Shown piece by piece: positions 55,342 to 64,000 of a DNA stretch of 64,000 nt. Each line of letters begins with the position of its first letter. Within the stretch, counting starts at the first letter, position 1. Under the pieces are notes generated by a model. The model saw only the letters and a list, made by a program, of their open reading frames with translations. It did not search any database and had not been told where the DNA came from. The DNA comes from a virus (lineage: Duplodnaviria; Caudoviricetes), in the IMG/VR virus record IMGVR_UViG_3300037454_000475, positions 1 through 64,000 of that record; one strand, given 5' to 3'. Made by a program: the position numbers and the translations under genes.

Positions 55342-55854
55342 TTATTCAACGGCAACATAGTTACCATTATCATCAAGCGGTGAACCGGCGGCACCCTTAA
55401 TAAGGTCTTCCAATTCCGCCTTGTTATCCTTGAACGAGGACATGCCGAGTTTCTTCATCATCGGATCAACATTTCCGGTCTCGGACACCATGCGGTCAAC
55501 GGCGGAATAATTCCAACGGGAATATTCTCCGACCCGGTTATCCGCGATAACAAACCCACGGATTTCATCATCCGTCATTCCCCATACCTTGATGACCCAC
55601 TCATGGGTTTGTCCGAGAAGACGCAAGGCTTTAAGACGGGTGTGTCCGGTGAGGATGATATTATTTTCTCCGGTTGCCGTGATGGGACATATATATCCGT
55701 ACATCTTGATGGATTCCGCCACCATCTTCGCGGATTCATTGTTATGACGGGGGTTGCCGGAATACGGAACCAAATCATCAAGGTTCATCCACACAAGCTC
55801 GAGTTTGCGCTGTGGAATTTCAACAAAGACCGGCTTTTTATCATTTTTTGCCAT
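55342..55854 (-). CDS. ParB/Srx N-terminal domain protein
   Basis: L.PY..NPR, SIK.YG...PI, ILTGHTRLKA, IADNR..E.S.W. Confidence 0.88.
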   Translation of the reverse strand: MAKNDKKPVFVEIPQRKLELVWMNLDDLVPYSGNPRHNNESAKMVAESIKMYGYICPITATGENNIILTGHTRLKALRLLGQTHEWVIKVWGMTDDEIRGFVIADNRVGEYSRWNYSAVDRMVSETGNVDPMMKKLGMSSFKDNKAELEDLIKGAAGSPLDDNGNYVAVE

Positions 55855-55930
55855 ATACTATAGGGTTTCTTTCATATCTATCACAATATATATAATCCGA
55901 CAAAATTTTTCCATATTCCGGAAAAATAAA

Positions 55931-56014
55931 AAAATTTGCGCTCTAAACGCAAATCTTTTTTGTCCTTCATAATTTATCACGGGACTCGAGAAAAGCGATT
56001 AGGGCGCAAATATG
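55931..56014. repeat. ~85 bp imperfect palindromic dispersed element, copy C (diverged)
   Basis: ATTTGCGC.CTAA...TTAGGGCGCAAAT arms; GTCC/GGAC core. Confidence 0.55.
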
Positions 56015-56032
56015 ATATGTTTATGCGGATTT

Positions 56033-56623
56033 TTACGGCTCATCCACAGGGGTTGGTTTGGAATCCGGCTCCGCCGTGGAATCCGATACCACAATATCTT
56101 CATCTTGATTTGTTACCACCGGCTCATGACGGTTGCGTTTCAACATATTGACCACCATGGAGGTCATGCATAGGGCAACCACCGGGAGGATAGCTCCTGT
56201 AATGTACGAAATCATTACGTAATTATAGTCGGGGTTTGGTGACTGGACAAAGAATAACACCGATTTTGTGAAATAATCAATTTGATCGGTATTGTGCATA
56301 ATCATGTAACGATATGATGAGAACACATTACCAAGAATTTGAACGATAGTCAATATGGCCATCAAAATCCATGGAAGGGTTTTCTTATCGTCCTTGTCAG
56401 TATTTGTAAGAATCGAGAATAATACACCGGCCTGTCCAATTTCAAATGCAATGGCGAGGATCACAGCGAGCCAACCAGGATTGGATAGACCGAAAAATGC
56501 AATTGCGTGGTATGTGGATACGAATGCAATAGCTGCGTAAAGCACTATAAACAACCACAAAAAGGTTTTATTAAATGTCTTATTTGTTTCCAATGTATTC
56601 AATGTTTTTTTATAAAAATTCAA
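56033..56623 (-). CDS. Four-TM membrane protein
   Basis: Four hydrophobic segments. Confidence 0.7.
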   Translation of the reverse strand: MNFYKKTLNTLETNKTFNKTFLWLFIVLYAAIAFVSTYHAIAFFGLSNPGWLAVILAIAFEIGQAGVLFSILTNTDKDDKKTLPWILMAILTIVQILGNVFSSYRYMIMHNTDQIDYFTKSVLFFVQSPNPDYNYVMISYITGAILPVVALCMTSMVVNMLKRNRHEPVVTNQDEDIVVSDSTAEPDSKPTPVDEP

Positions 56624-56815
56624 CCGTTAACTTTGAGGTATTTTCACCTATCTTTACGATACGTGTCCCCGTATTGACTAAATATATCAATTCGGAACCG
56701 GAATGTTCAACTCCAACCACAGTACCGGTAACGTCCAGTTTTACGATACAGTCGGAGGTAAACCTTACCTTCTTACCGATAAACAGGGATCGTATGTAGT
56801 CCTTATATAATAACA
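56610..56815 (-). CDS. Small hypothetical protein
   Basis: ORF coupled to neighbours; start uncertain. Confidence 0.55.
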
Positions 56816-57889
56816 TTAGGCCCAATACATATATTCATAGAGATATGTGGCCCAGTTCGAGAAGGCCGTGGCTATGTAATTTTGGTTACCGGAAACTTTC
56901 CCTTCGATGATATATGTGAGGGATTGTATTAAAGCCTCAATCATCTTATGGTAACGGATTTGCGATTCGGCATCCAATGTGTTACAACCACAATCTGCGA
57001 ATGGGTCTATGATTTTACTACCCAATGGAAGACCAACCTTGAGAATACCGTTAAGGTATTTTTTCATTTCCACGCAGATCTCCACCTGATCCATCCAATA
57101 ATTCACGTTGGAGAATACTTCCACCATGTAATTATATATGGCATTGCGATACATTTGAAGTGGATTACATCCGGCAACCGGAGTTACACCAACACCTTGT
57201 ACTCCGCCGTTACATCCACATCCGGCGGAAAGTGGAAGAGTTGCAAGATTTATGCGTTTATCCTTGGTTGTCGCAACAAGTACATTATCCTGCATATAGT
57301 TGGAAAAACCGGAAAGGATCTTTGTCGTGGCATCTTCAAGGTTTTGTTTGTAATATGTGAGCATTGTGATCAACATATCCGGATTGTCCCAGTTATTGAC
57401 GACCGGTGTATTGGCCAACAGGATACTTGCAAGCCATGTGCGAAATACCTTGAGTTCTTCGATGGTGATATCATCATCCGGTGTAAACTCATTGAGATAA
57501 TCGTATTTGATTTTATCGTTTTGAAGGATACTCAACGTACGAACTTGATCAATCCATATACGGAGGTCGTCAAATTTGAGTAGATTTTCCACCGCCACGG
57601 TTCCGATTTCAACATTCACGTAGTTCAATTCATCACCCGGGTTAAATGGGTCTCCGGTTGGGATAGAACCATTGTTATCCGCCATCGGCAATATATGTGT
57701 CCAATGAATTGCATACGCATATTTATTGCGAAGCATGTTGTTGAAATAATCACAGAAGTTATTGATGGAAAATTCCACAAATGGAGAACCACTCTTCCAT
57801 ACGTAGTTATCATCCACTATTTCTGCATATCCGGCTTCAACGAGAACATCCGGAGTCATTACGATATCTTGAAACTTAACTATATTCAT
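56816..57889 (-). CDS. Hypothetical protein, possibly structural
   Basis: 357 aa directly downstream of tape-measure-like gene; two CGCN motifs. Confidence 0.65.
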   Translation of the reverse strand: MNIVKFQDIVMTPDVLVEAGYAEIVDDNYVWKSGSPFVEFSINNFCDYFNNMLRNKYAYAIHWTHILPMADNNGSIPTGDPFNPGDELNYVNVEIGTVAVENLLKFDDLRIWIDQVRTLSILQNDKIKYDYLNEFTPDDDITIEELKVFRTWLASILLANTPVVNNWDNPDMLITMLTYYKQNLEDATTKILSGFSNYMQDNVLVATTKDKRINLATLPLSAGCGCNGGVQGVGVTPVAGCNPLQMYRNAIYNYMVEVFSNVNYWMDQVEICVEMKKYLNGILKVGLPLGSKIIDPFADCGCNTLDAESQIRYHKMIEALIQSLTYIIEGKVSGNQNYIATAFSNWATYLYEYMYWA

Positions 57890-57913
57890 ATTATTGACTT
57901 TATTTCATTTACA

Positions 57914-60900
57914 TTACGGTGCCATCTTAACTTGAACCTTACCGTCCGATATCACCTTGTTAACCTTTGAGGTCAAATCATTTATTGCCCTTATGACATT
58001 ATCAAGGTCACTCTTTGTAAGTTGATTCTTATTAACCGGTTGAGGCTCTCTCTTTTCATTGACTCCAGCGGAACCGGATGGTTGAGATATAACATCTCCG
58101 GCAACTGCAACATTGAAGTCTTTCTTATTAACATCATCAAGTGCACCGGTGAGTTTTTCAAGTGCCTCAAGAAGGTCTTCATTAATGGCATGGGCAAGTT
58201 CCTTGAAATTACCATTGATGGACTTCGATAATCCCTCAATGTGTTTCATCAAATCACTTGCGGTCTTGAGTTTATCAAGGTTGACTGAATCAACTGTTTT
58301 AAGAAGACCAACCGTTTCCTTCACATTGTTTTGGAAGTTCTTGGCTGAATTATCATTAATCTTCGATACATTGGTCAATGAAGCGGCAACACGTTCAAAT
58401 ACAACCAACGAACCCTTCTTGACCACCTCCATCCTGTCAGGATCGAGATCTGCAAGAGGAGATACAATACCAAAGATTACACCTTCAAATGCAGGTTTGA
58501 TGGATTCCGTATCAACGCCGGATAGCTTATCATTATACAAATCAATGATATCGGTAATCGGTTGTTTGATCGTATTGAGAACACGGGAAATCTTATAACC
58601 TTGTTCGTCAGCCTTTTTGACATAATCCATGGCGGTATCACTATCGGCAATCCATGCAATTGCTTTGATAGGACACATGATCAAATCATACACGGTGCTT
58701 GTGATCTTACCCTGATTCTTATTAATGTACTCTGCAAGGTTTATGTACTCGACTGCAACGTCCTGTCCGTACGTAGGCGAATTTGGATCAGTATCACGTG
58801 CCCATTTCGAAGCCATGCGGCCTCCGGCAAGAGCCTTAACAAGATCCATGATATTACCGAGACCCTTAATGGCATCCATGGCAATGCCGAGTTTCTTCAT
58901 ATTCCTTTTCGATATATCGGAAAGTTGATCCTGCATTCTTTCATCACCAAGGATGTTGACAACACTAAAAAGCATCTTTTCGGCCATTGCCATTGCCTGA
59001 TTGAAGTCCTGTTGCGTCATCTTACGCCATTTCTTCGGTGTACCATTTTCATTGAAGTCCTCTGCAGTGTTGCAATCAGGTACTATCAAGCTGGAAAGGT
59101 TTTTAAGGGTTTCACCCAAACCACCAACCACGGCGATGATCTCACCGAGACGTTCCATCTTCTTCTTCGTACTACGTGAAATATTATCAAGTGCATCCTC
59201 CGATATTGGGTTGACAACAAACGAACCTACGGAGCCCAATGATAATGTTACACGTTCCTCTCCAAACAATGCACAGAAGAACTCAAGCATCGAACCAGCG
59301 GTCAATGAGGCATTGGCGAGATCCTCCGCGGTCATCATACGCCATTTCTTCGGTGTGCCATTTTCGTTGAAGTCATCCGGGCCCATGGCATCCGGAACGG
59401 TAAGTGAGGACATATTCTTGAGTGTTTCCGCCATACCGCCAACCACAGCCACAATTTCACCAAGACGGGCGACTTTCTTCTTGGTACCACGGGAAAGGTT
59501 GTCGAGGACGGCCATACTAATCGGGGTGATGGTTACCTGTGATCCGGCAAATTCCATGGTGGTTGGGGAATCAGCGAATATGTTGGCGAAGAACGCAAGT
59601 ATGGAACCGGCGTTAACTGCAGCATTTCTAAAGTCATCACTTGACATTACGTTGAATCCTTTAGGTTTACCATCTTCAGTAAATCCTTTATCAGGATCAG
59701 GTATCATCAAGGACGATATATTTTGAAGGCTGACCGCCATACCACCGACTGCGGCAACAATATCACCAAGACGCTCAATCTTACGGCGTGTGCTACGGGA
59801 GATCTTATCAAGAGCAGCCATATTAAGTGGTTCAACCGTTGCTTTTGAACCTCCAAATATAACCTCCGTTGCCTCCTCGGCGAACAAACCAGTAAAGAAT
59901 GAAAGGATAGCGGATGCATTTTGAGCGGCTGACATAAAGTCCTCGGACTTCATCAATAGATACCCTTTAGGTCTTCCCTCTTCGGTGAATCCTTTATCAG
60001 GATCCGGCATCTTCAATGAAGCAATATGTTGAAGCGTGTCCGCCATATTCGATACATGACCGACAATCCTCGAAAGTAGTCTAATCTTAAATGTTGTCTT
60101 CAAACTTATCTTATCGAGAGCAGCCAAATCACAAGGAACCACCGTGAATTTGGCTCCATCACCAAGTTCGAAATCAACTTGTTCTTCACCAAACATGGCT
60201 GAAGTCATACCAAGGATGACTGCGGCATTTTGAGCAGCGGCCATAAAGTCCTCGGACTTCATTTGTTTATATCCTTTCGGATTACCTTTTTCATCAAATC
60301 CCTTATCAGGATCCGGCATGTTCAATGAAGCAATATGTTGAAGGATATCTGCGATCTTTCCAATGGAGCACGTGATGGTTGCAAGTTCGGTCACTCTACC
60401 AACATACGATGCCATTTTTATCGGGTTTGGAAGATCAGCAATATAACCAAATAAGCTCTTGCCGTCTTTATCCTCCTTCGTAAATGCCTTAATCGGTAAT
60501 GAGATTATTGCTGCAACCTCATCCGGATCTTTAAGACCGGCAGCTTTGACTGCCATAGCAGCCTTTGCCGTATTCTTAACGACTTCGGATAACAAGAGAG
60601 CAACAACTATCAATGAACTCATAGCAGCCATACCAAGACCAAATGCAATTGCTTGTGGGCCGGCAAGTAACATACCGGATGCAATGGTCATTGCACCAAC
60701 GGCAACCATGATAAGGGCCATGATACCGGTCACTTCGAGGATCTCAAGTGGAGGTGCAATAGATGCTGCTTTCGCGAGGTTCTTCATTACAATGGACATT
60801 AAGAACGCAATACCGGCAATTACTGCCACACCGATGGCGCCTTGCATAATTTGTGATTGAAGAACACCGGCCAATACGGCAATACCACCAACGGCCACCA

Positions 60901-63706
60901 TCACAAGAGCCATAATGCCAACAACTTCAAGGAGTTCGAGAGGATCTGCGGTATTGGCTATTTCCGCAAGCACATATACAACAGCGGCCATTGCGGCGGC
61001 AAACAATACCACGATCAACATGGCCTTCCAGCCTTTTTCTATGGTCTTACTTGCACGGGCAATCAAATATACTGCACCAACAAGGACAGCAAGTAATAGG
61101 GTTACCGTAAGTACCGGTTCCCAGTTAACCGTGAGCAATCCTCCAACATACACCATCAACATAGCGACTCCGGCAAGGATCGCAACTGCAAGTGCAATGT
61201 ATAGGAGTTCCTTGGCTCCACTTTCTATCCACTTCTTTGCCAATGATAATAGCAAGCAGGAACCCACAAGTACAAGGAGATATGCGGATATTATAAGCAT
61301 GTTCTCCCAGTTGGCTGTGATATATTGTCCAACAACTGCCATCAACATAGCAACGCCGGCGAGGATGGCAACTGCAAGTGCAATGTATAGGAGTTCCTTG
61401 GCTCCCTCGTGTATTATCTTTTTAGCCAATGCCAATAGCAAGCAGGAACCTACAAGTACAAGGAGATATGCGGATACTATAAGCATACTCTCCCAGTTGG
61501 CTGCAATAAATTGACCGGTTAATGCCATTAACAATGCCGTGGTCGATAGTATGAGCATTGCCAATGCCATATCTTTGAGGACTTTTCCTCCTTCTTTCAC
61601 GTTCTTGGAGATCAGGCTTATAAGAACCATCAATCCAACTATTGCGAGTGTGGCCACAACGGCAACCGCTATTAATGGAGCGGCTATCATAAAGGTCAAT
61701 CCAACAATTACAAGGCTTCCAACAAACAAGAGCAAGCTTACTGACATTTGGTTGAATGTCTTCGAAGCTGTATTGATATCCTTTTGTTTATCCGCAACTA
61801 CCGAATATATACGCATAAGTCCTTTAATGACCAACGATAAGGTAAATACGGTAAGTATGGATATTGCGATCAATGGAGTGGCCAAAGCAATAAGTGAAAC
61901 ACTACCCACTATAATGAGCAAGCTCGAGGCCATTTGTTTAAGGGCCTTCGATGCTGCATTAATATCACTTTCTTTGTTGGCTACATTGGAATATATACGT
62001 AGAAGTCCTTTGATGACAAATGATAATGTGAATACAGTGATCAATGACACCATGACGAACGGGGTTGCCAAGCTGATAAGTGAAACACTACCAACAATGG
62101 CAAGTAAGCTCGATGCCATTTGTTTAAGAACCTTCGAAGCCGTACTGATATCTCCCTCTTTATTGGCCACATTGGAATATATGTGGAGGAGACCTTTAAT
62201 AACCAACGATAGTGCAACCACCGTGATCATCGACACTATAACGAACGGGGTTGCCAAGCTGATAAGTGAAACACTACCAACAATGGCAAGTAAGCTCGAA
62301 GTTAGCTGTTGGATAACCTTTGATGTTGTGTTGATGTTACCTTCATTATCGGCAATCATCGAATATACACCCAAAATACCTTTGATGGTCATCTTCAAGG
62401 CAACCGTGGTGAGTATGGATAATACAACGAACGGGGTTGCCAAGCTGATAAGTGAAATACCTCCAACGATGGTAAGCAAGCTCGAGGTTAGCTGTTGGAT
62501 AACCTTTGATGTTGTGGTGATGCTACCTTCATTATCGGCAATCATCGAATATACATTCATGATACCTTGGATGGCCATCTTCAAGGCAACTGTGGTGAGC
62601 ATGGATAACACAACAAACGGGGTTGCCAAGCTGATAAGCGAAATACCTCCAACGATGGTAAGCAAGCTCGAGGTCAATTGATTAATGACATTGGATGCCG
62701 TACCGATACCGGATGCATTTTCTGCAATCATTGAGTATACGTTTACGATACCATTGACGGCAAACTTCAAGGCAACTACTGTAATCATGGATAACATGAC
62801 GAATGGAAATGCCAAACTAATAAGTGCAACACTTCCAACAATTGTGAGTAAGCTTAATGCCATCTGCCCAATGGTCTTCGAAGCAGCATTGATATCTTTC
62901 TCATTGCTGGCAATCATTGAATATATGTTCAAGATACCATTGATTGCGAACTTCAAGGCAACCACTGCGATTAGTGACAACATCACAAATGGGAATGACA
63001 AGCTAATAAGCGAGATACTTCCGATAATCAAAAGCAAACTCGAGGACATCTGCTTGAATGCAACCGCAGATTGAATGATTTGTTGTTGCTTACTGGAAGC
63101 ATTTGAATATATGGTTATGATGTTATCGACAACCAATGACAAAACCTTAACAGCAAGTACAGCCAACGTCACTACCGGGAGAGAAGCACCAAGCACAACA
63201 GCCATTTTCGTAAGATCATTGGTTGTTGGTGCCACTTGTTTGAGTATTTTAGTGCCATCAATGAGGGATTTTGCCTTGTCTTTATCCCCAATTTTTTCAA
63301 GCATTGGTATTACACCTTTAGGGTTTTTGCTTGAATCTCCAAACATCAAATCCATAAGACGGTTAACGGAATGTTTTGCCATACGGATTTGAGCACCATT
63401 AATCTTATTAATGTTGGAGATCACGGTAACAAGTGTATCGAATGCTTGGGTTGTGGATGCCAGTGTTTTTGACGCCTCCGCAGATTTACCAATATCGTAT
63501 GAATTCATCTTATCAAGCGATTTATATATGGTATCAACCGCGGTATCTATGGCCTTCGATGCAGAGGTAATCGTTTTTACCAAGTTTTTATCTATACCAC
63601 TATTCACAATAACCTTAACCAATAGAGCAGAGGACTCCACTTGGGCTTGAAATATAGCAAATAGATTATTGCTGTTTGGAATATTATTGTGTTTTTTGCT
63701 TGGCAT
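57914..63706 (-). CDS. Tape-measure-like protein
   Basis: 1930 aa, Ala/Leu/Ile-rich, tandem 39-aa hydrophobic repeats, five ~100-aa PD..G.PK repeats. Confidence 0.75.
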   Translation of the reverse strand: MPSKKHNNIPNSNNLFAIFQAQVESSALLVKVIVNSGIDKNLVKTITSASKAIDTAVDTIYKSLDKMNSYDIGKSAEASKTLASTTQAFDTLVTVISNINKINGAQIRMAKHSVNRLMDLMFGDSSKNPKGVIPMLEKIGDKDKAKSLIDGTKILKQVAPTTNDLTKMAVVLGASLPVVTLAVLAVKVLSLVVDNIITIYSNASSKQQQIIQSAVAFKQMSSSLLLIIGSISLISLSFPFVMLSLIAVVALKFAINGILNIYSMIASNEKDINAASKTIGQMALSLLTIVGSVALISLAFPFVMLSMITVVALKFAVNGIVNVYSMIAENASGIGTASNVINQLTSSLLTIVGGISLISLATPFVVLSMLTTVALKMAIQGIMNVYSMIADNEGSITTTSKVIQQLTSSLLTIVGGISLISLATPFVVLSILTTVALKMTIKGILGVYSMIADNEGNINTTSKVIQQLTSSLLAIVGSVSLISLATPFVIVSMITVVALSLVIKGLLHIYSNVANKEGDISTASKVLKQMASSLLAIVGSVSLISLATPFVMVSLITVFTLSFVIKGLLRIYSNVANKESDINAASKALKQMASSLLIIVGSVSLIALATPLIAISILTVFTLSLVIKGLMRIYSVVADKQKDINTASKTFNQMSVSLLLFVGSLVIVGLTFMIAAPLIAVAVVATLAIVGLMVLISLISKNVKEGGKVLKDMALAMLILSTTALLMALTGQFIAANWESMLIVSAYLLVLVGSCLLLALAKKIIHEGAKELLYIALAVAILAGVAMLMAVVGQYITANWENMLIISAYLLVLVGSCLLLSLAKKWIESGAKELLYIALAVAILAGVAMLMVYVGGLLTVNWEPVLTVTLLLAVLVGAVYLIARASKTIEKGWKAMLIVVLFAAAMAAVVYVLAEIANTADPLELLEVVGIMALVMVAVGGIAVLAGVLQSQIMQGAIGVAVIAGIAFLMSIVMKNLAKAASIAPPLEILEVTGIMALIMVAVGAMTIASGMLLAGPQAIAFGLGMAAMSSLIVVALLLSEVVKNTAKAAMAVKAAGLKDPDEVAAIISLPIKAFTKEDKDGKSLFGYIADLPNPIKMASYVGRVTELATITCSIGKIADILQHIASLNMPDPDKGFDEKGNPKGYKQMKSEDFMAAAQNAAVILGMTSAMFGEEQVDFELGDGAKFTVVPCDLAALDKISLKTTFKIRLLSRIVGHVSNMADTLQHIASLKMPDPDKGFTEEGRPKGYLLMKSEDFMSAAQNASAILSFFTGLFAEEATEVIFGGSKATVEPLNMAALDKISRSTRRKIERLGDIVAAVGGMAVSLQNISSLMIPDPDKGFTEDGKPKGFNVMSSDDFRNAAVNAGSILAFFANIFADSPTTMEFAGSQVTITPISMAVLDNLSRGTKKKVARLGEIVAVVGGMAETLKNMSSLTVPDAMGPDDFNENGTPKKWRMMTAEDLANASLTAGSMLEFFCALFGEERVTLSLGSVGSFVVNPISEDALDNISRSTKKKMERLGEIIAVVGGLGETLKNLSSLIVPDCNTAEDFNENGTPKKWRKMTQQDFNQAMAMAEKMLFSVVNILGDERMQDQLSDISKRNMKKLGIAMDAIKGLGNIMDLVKALAGGRMASKWARDTDPNSPTYGQDVAVEYINLAEYINKNQGKITSTVYDLIMCPIKAIAWIADSDTAMDYVKKADEQGYKISRVLNTIKQPITDIIDLYNDKLSGVDTESIKPAFEGVIFGIVSPLADLDPDRMEVVKKGSLVVFERVAASLTNVSKINDNSAKNFQNNVKETVGLLKTVDSVNLDKLKTASDLMKHIEGLSKSINGNFKELAHAINEDLLEALEKLTGALDDVNKKDFNVAVAGDVISQPSGSAGVNEKREPQPVNKNQLTKSDLDNVIRAINDLTSKVNKVISDGKVQVKMAP

Positions 63707-63782
63707 ACTTTTCTACTATAATTGATTATTTTTATAATAATCCTCAACATGCAGCTTGTAGAGATAATAAAACAAATAACAT

Positions 63783-64000
63783 ATGAAACATTTGGATTTC
63801 AATAAAGGTTTTATAAAAGAGTCAGCCCAAACCCCGGAAACGATCAATGAGTTCTTTGGTACCTTGCTTGTATGTGGTGTCCTTGGTGCTTATTGTTCGA
63901 TGGGGGTACTCTCCGTATTTAAGAAGCTCGGTGGTCTTCGTAATGAACTTGTGGATTTGCGTCAAAAACGTTTATCTGCCAAAAATGAAAGAATGAAACA
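63783..64000 (+). CDS. Hypothetical protein, 5' part (runs off window)
   Basis: MKHLDFNKGFIKESAQTPETINEFFG..., open to window end. Confidence 0.65.
   Translation, partial: MKHLDFNKGFIKESAQTPETINEFFGTLLVCGVLGAYCSMGVLSVFKKLGGLRNELVDLRQKRLSAKNERMK

Noticed and set aside
1-64000. Stop-codon recoding (TAG to Gln) as in Lak-type or some crAss-like phages
   Set aside because: Long genes are intact in the standard code, TAG ends plausible genes, and no CTA/TTA suppressor tRNA was found

Overview
Segment of a large myovirus-type (jumbo) phage genome, probably infecting Bacteroidota. The host inference rests on a Bacteroidota-style OmpA, a VDLGLPSG domain, a BspA-like LRR, A-rich starts without Shine-Dalgarno sequences, and a GTTCTTTGACA boxA. 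Almost everything is on the minus strand and reads in the standard code. Protein genes include tail sheath, prohead protease/scaffold, a tape-measure-like protein, an amidase, a Pif1-like helicase, PNK, CoaE, NMN adenylyltransferase, FolE2, a DpdA/TGT-like protein next to ParB, two FkbM methyltransferases, GH16 and many small hypotheticals. The centrepiece is a ~16 kb RNA operon (35.1-51.3 kb). It holds about 43 canonical tRNAs covering all 20 amino acids (2 more Arg tRNAs lie at 2.7-2.9 kb), about 20 non-canonical tRNA-scaffold RNAs, a circularly permuted two-piece tmRNA, a Y-RNA-like permuted tRNA mimic and several 280-500 nt structured RNAs. The operon has rRNA-operon-like boxA leaders with a complementary trailer. 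It is preceded by a 40-codon leader ORF that contains all 20 amino acids and is coupled to a terminator/antiterminator pair, a candidate pan-tRNA-sensing attenuator. All RNA folds and family assignments were made by eye; no searches were run and RNA coordinates are approximate to a few nt.
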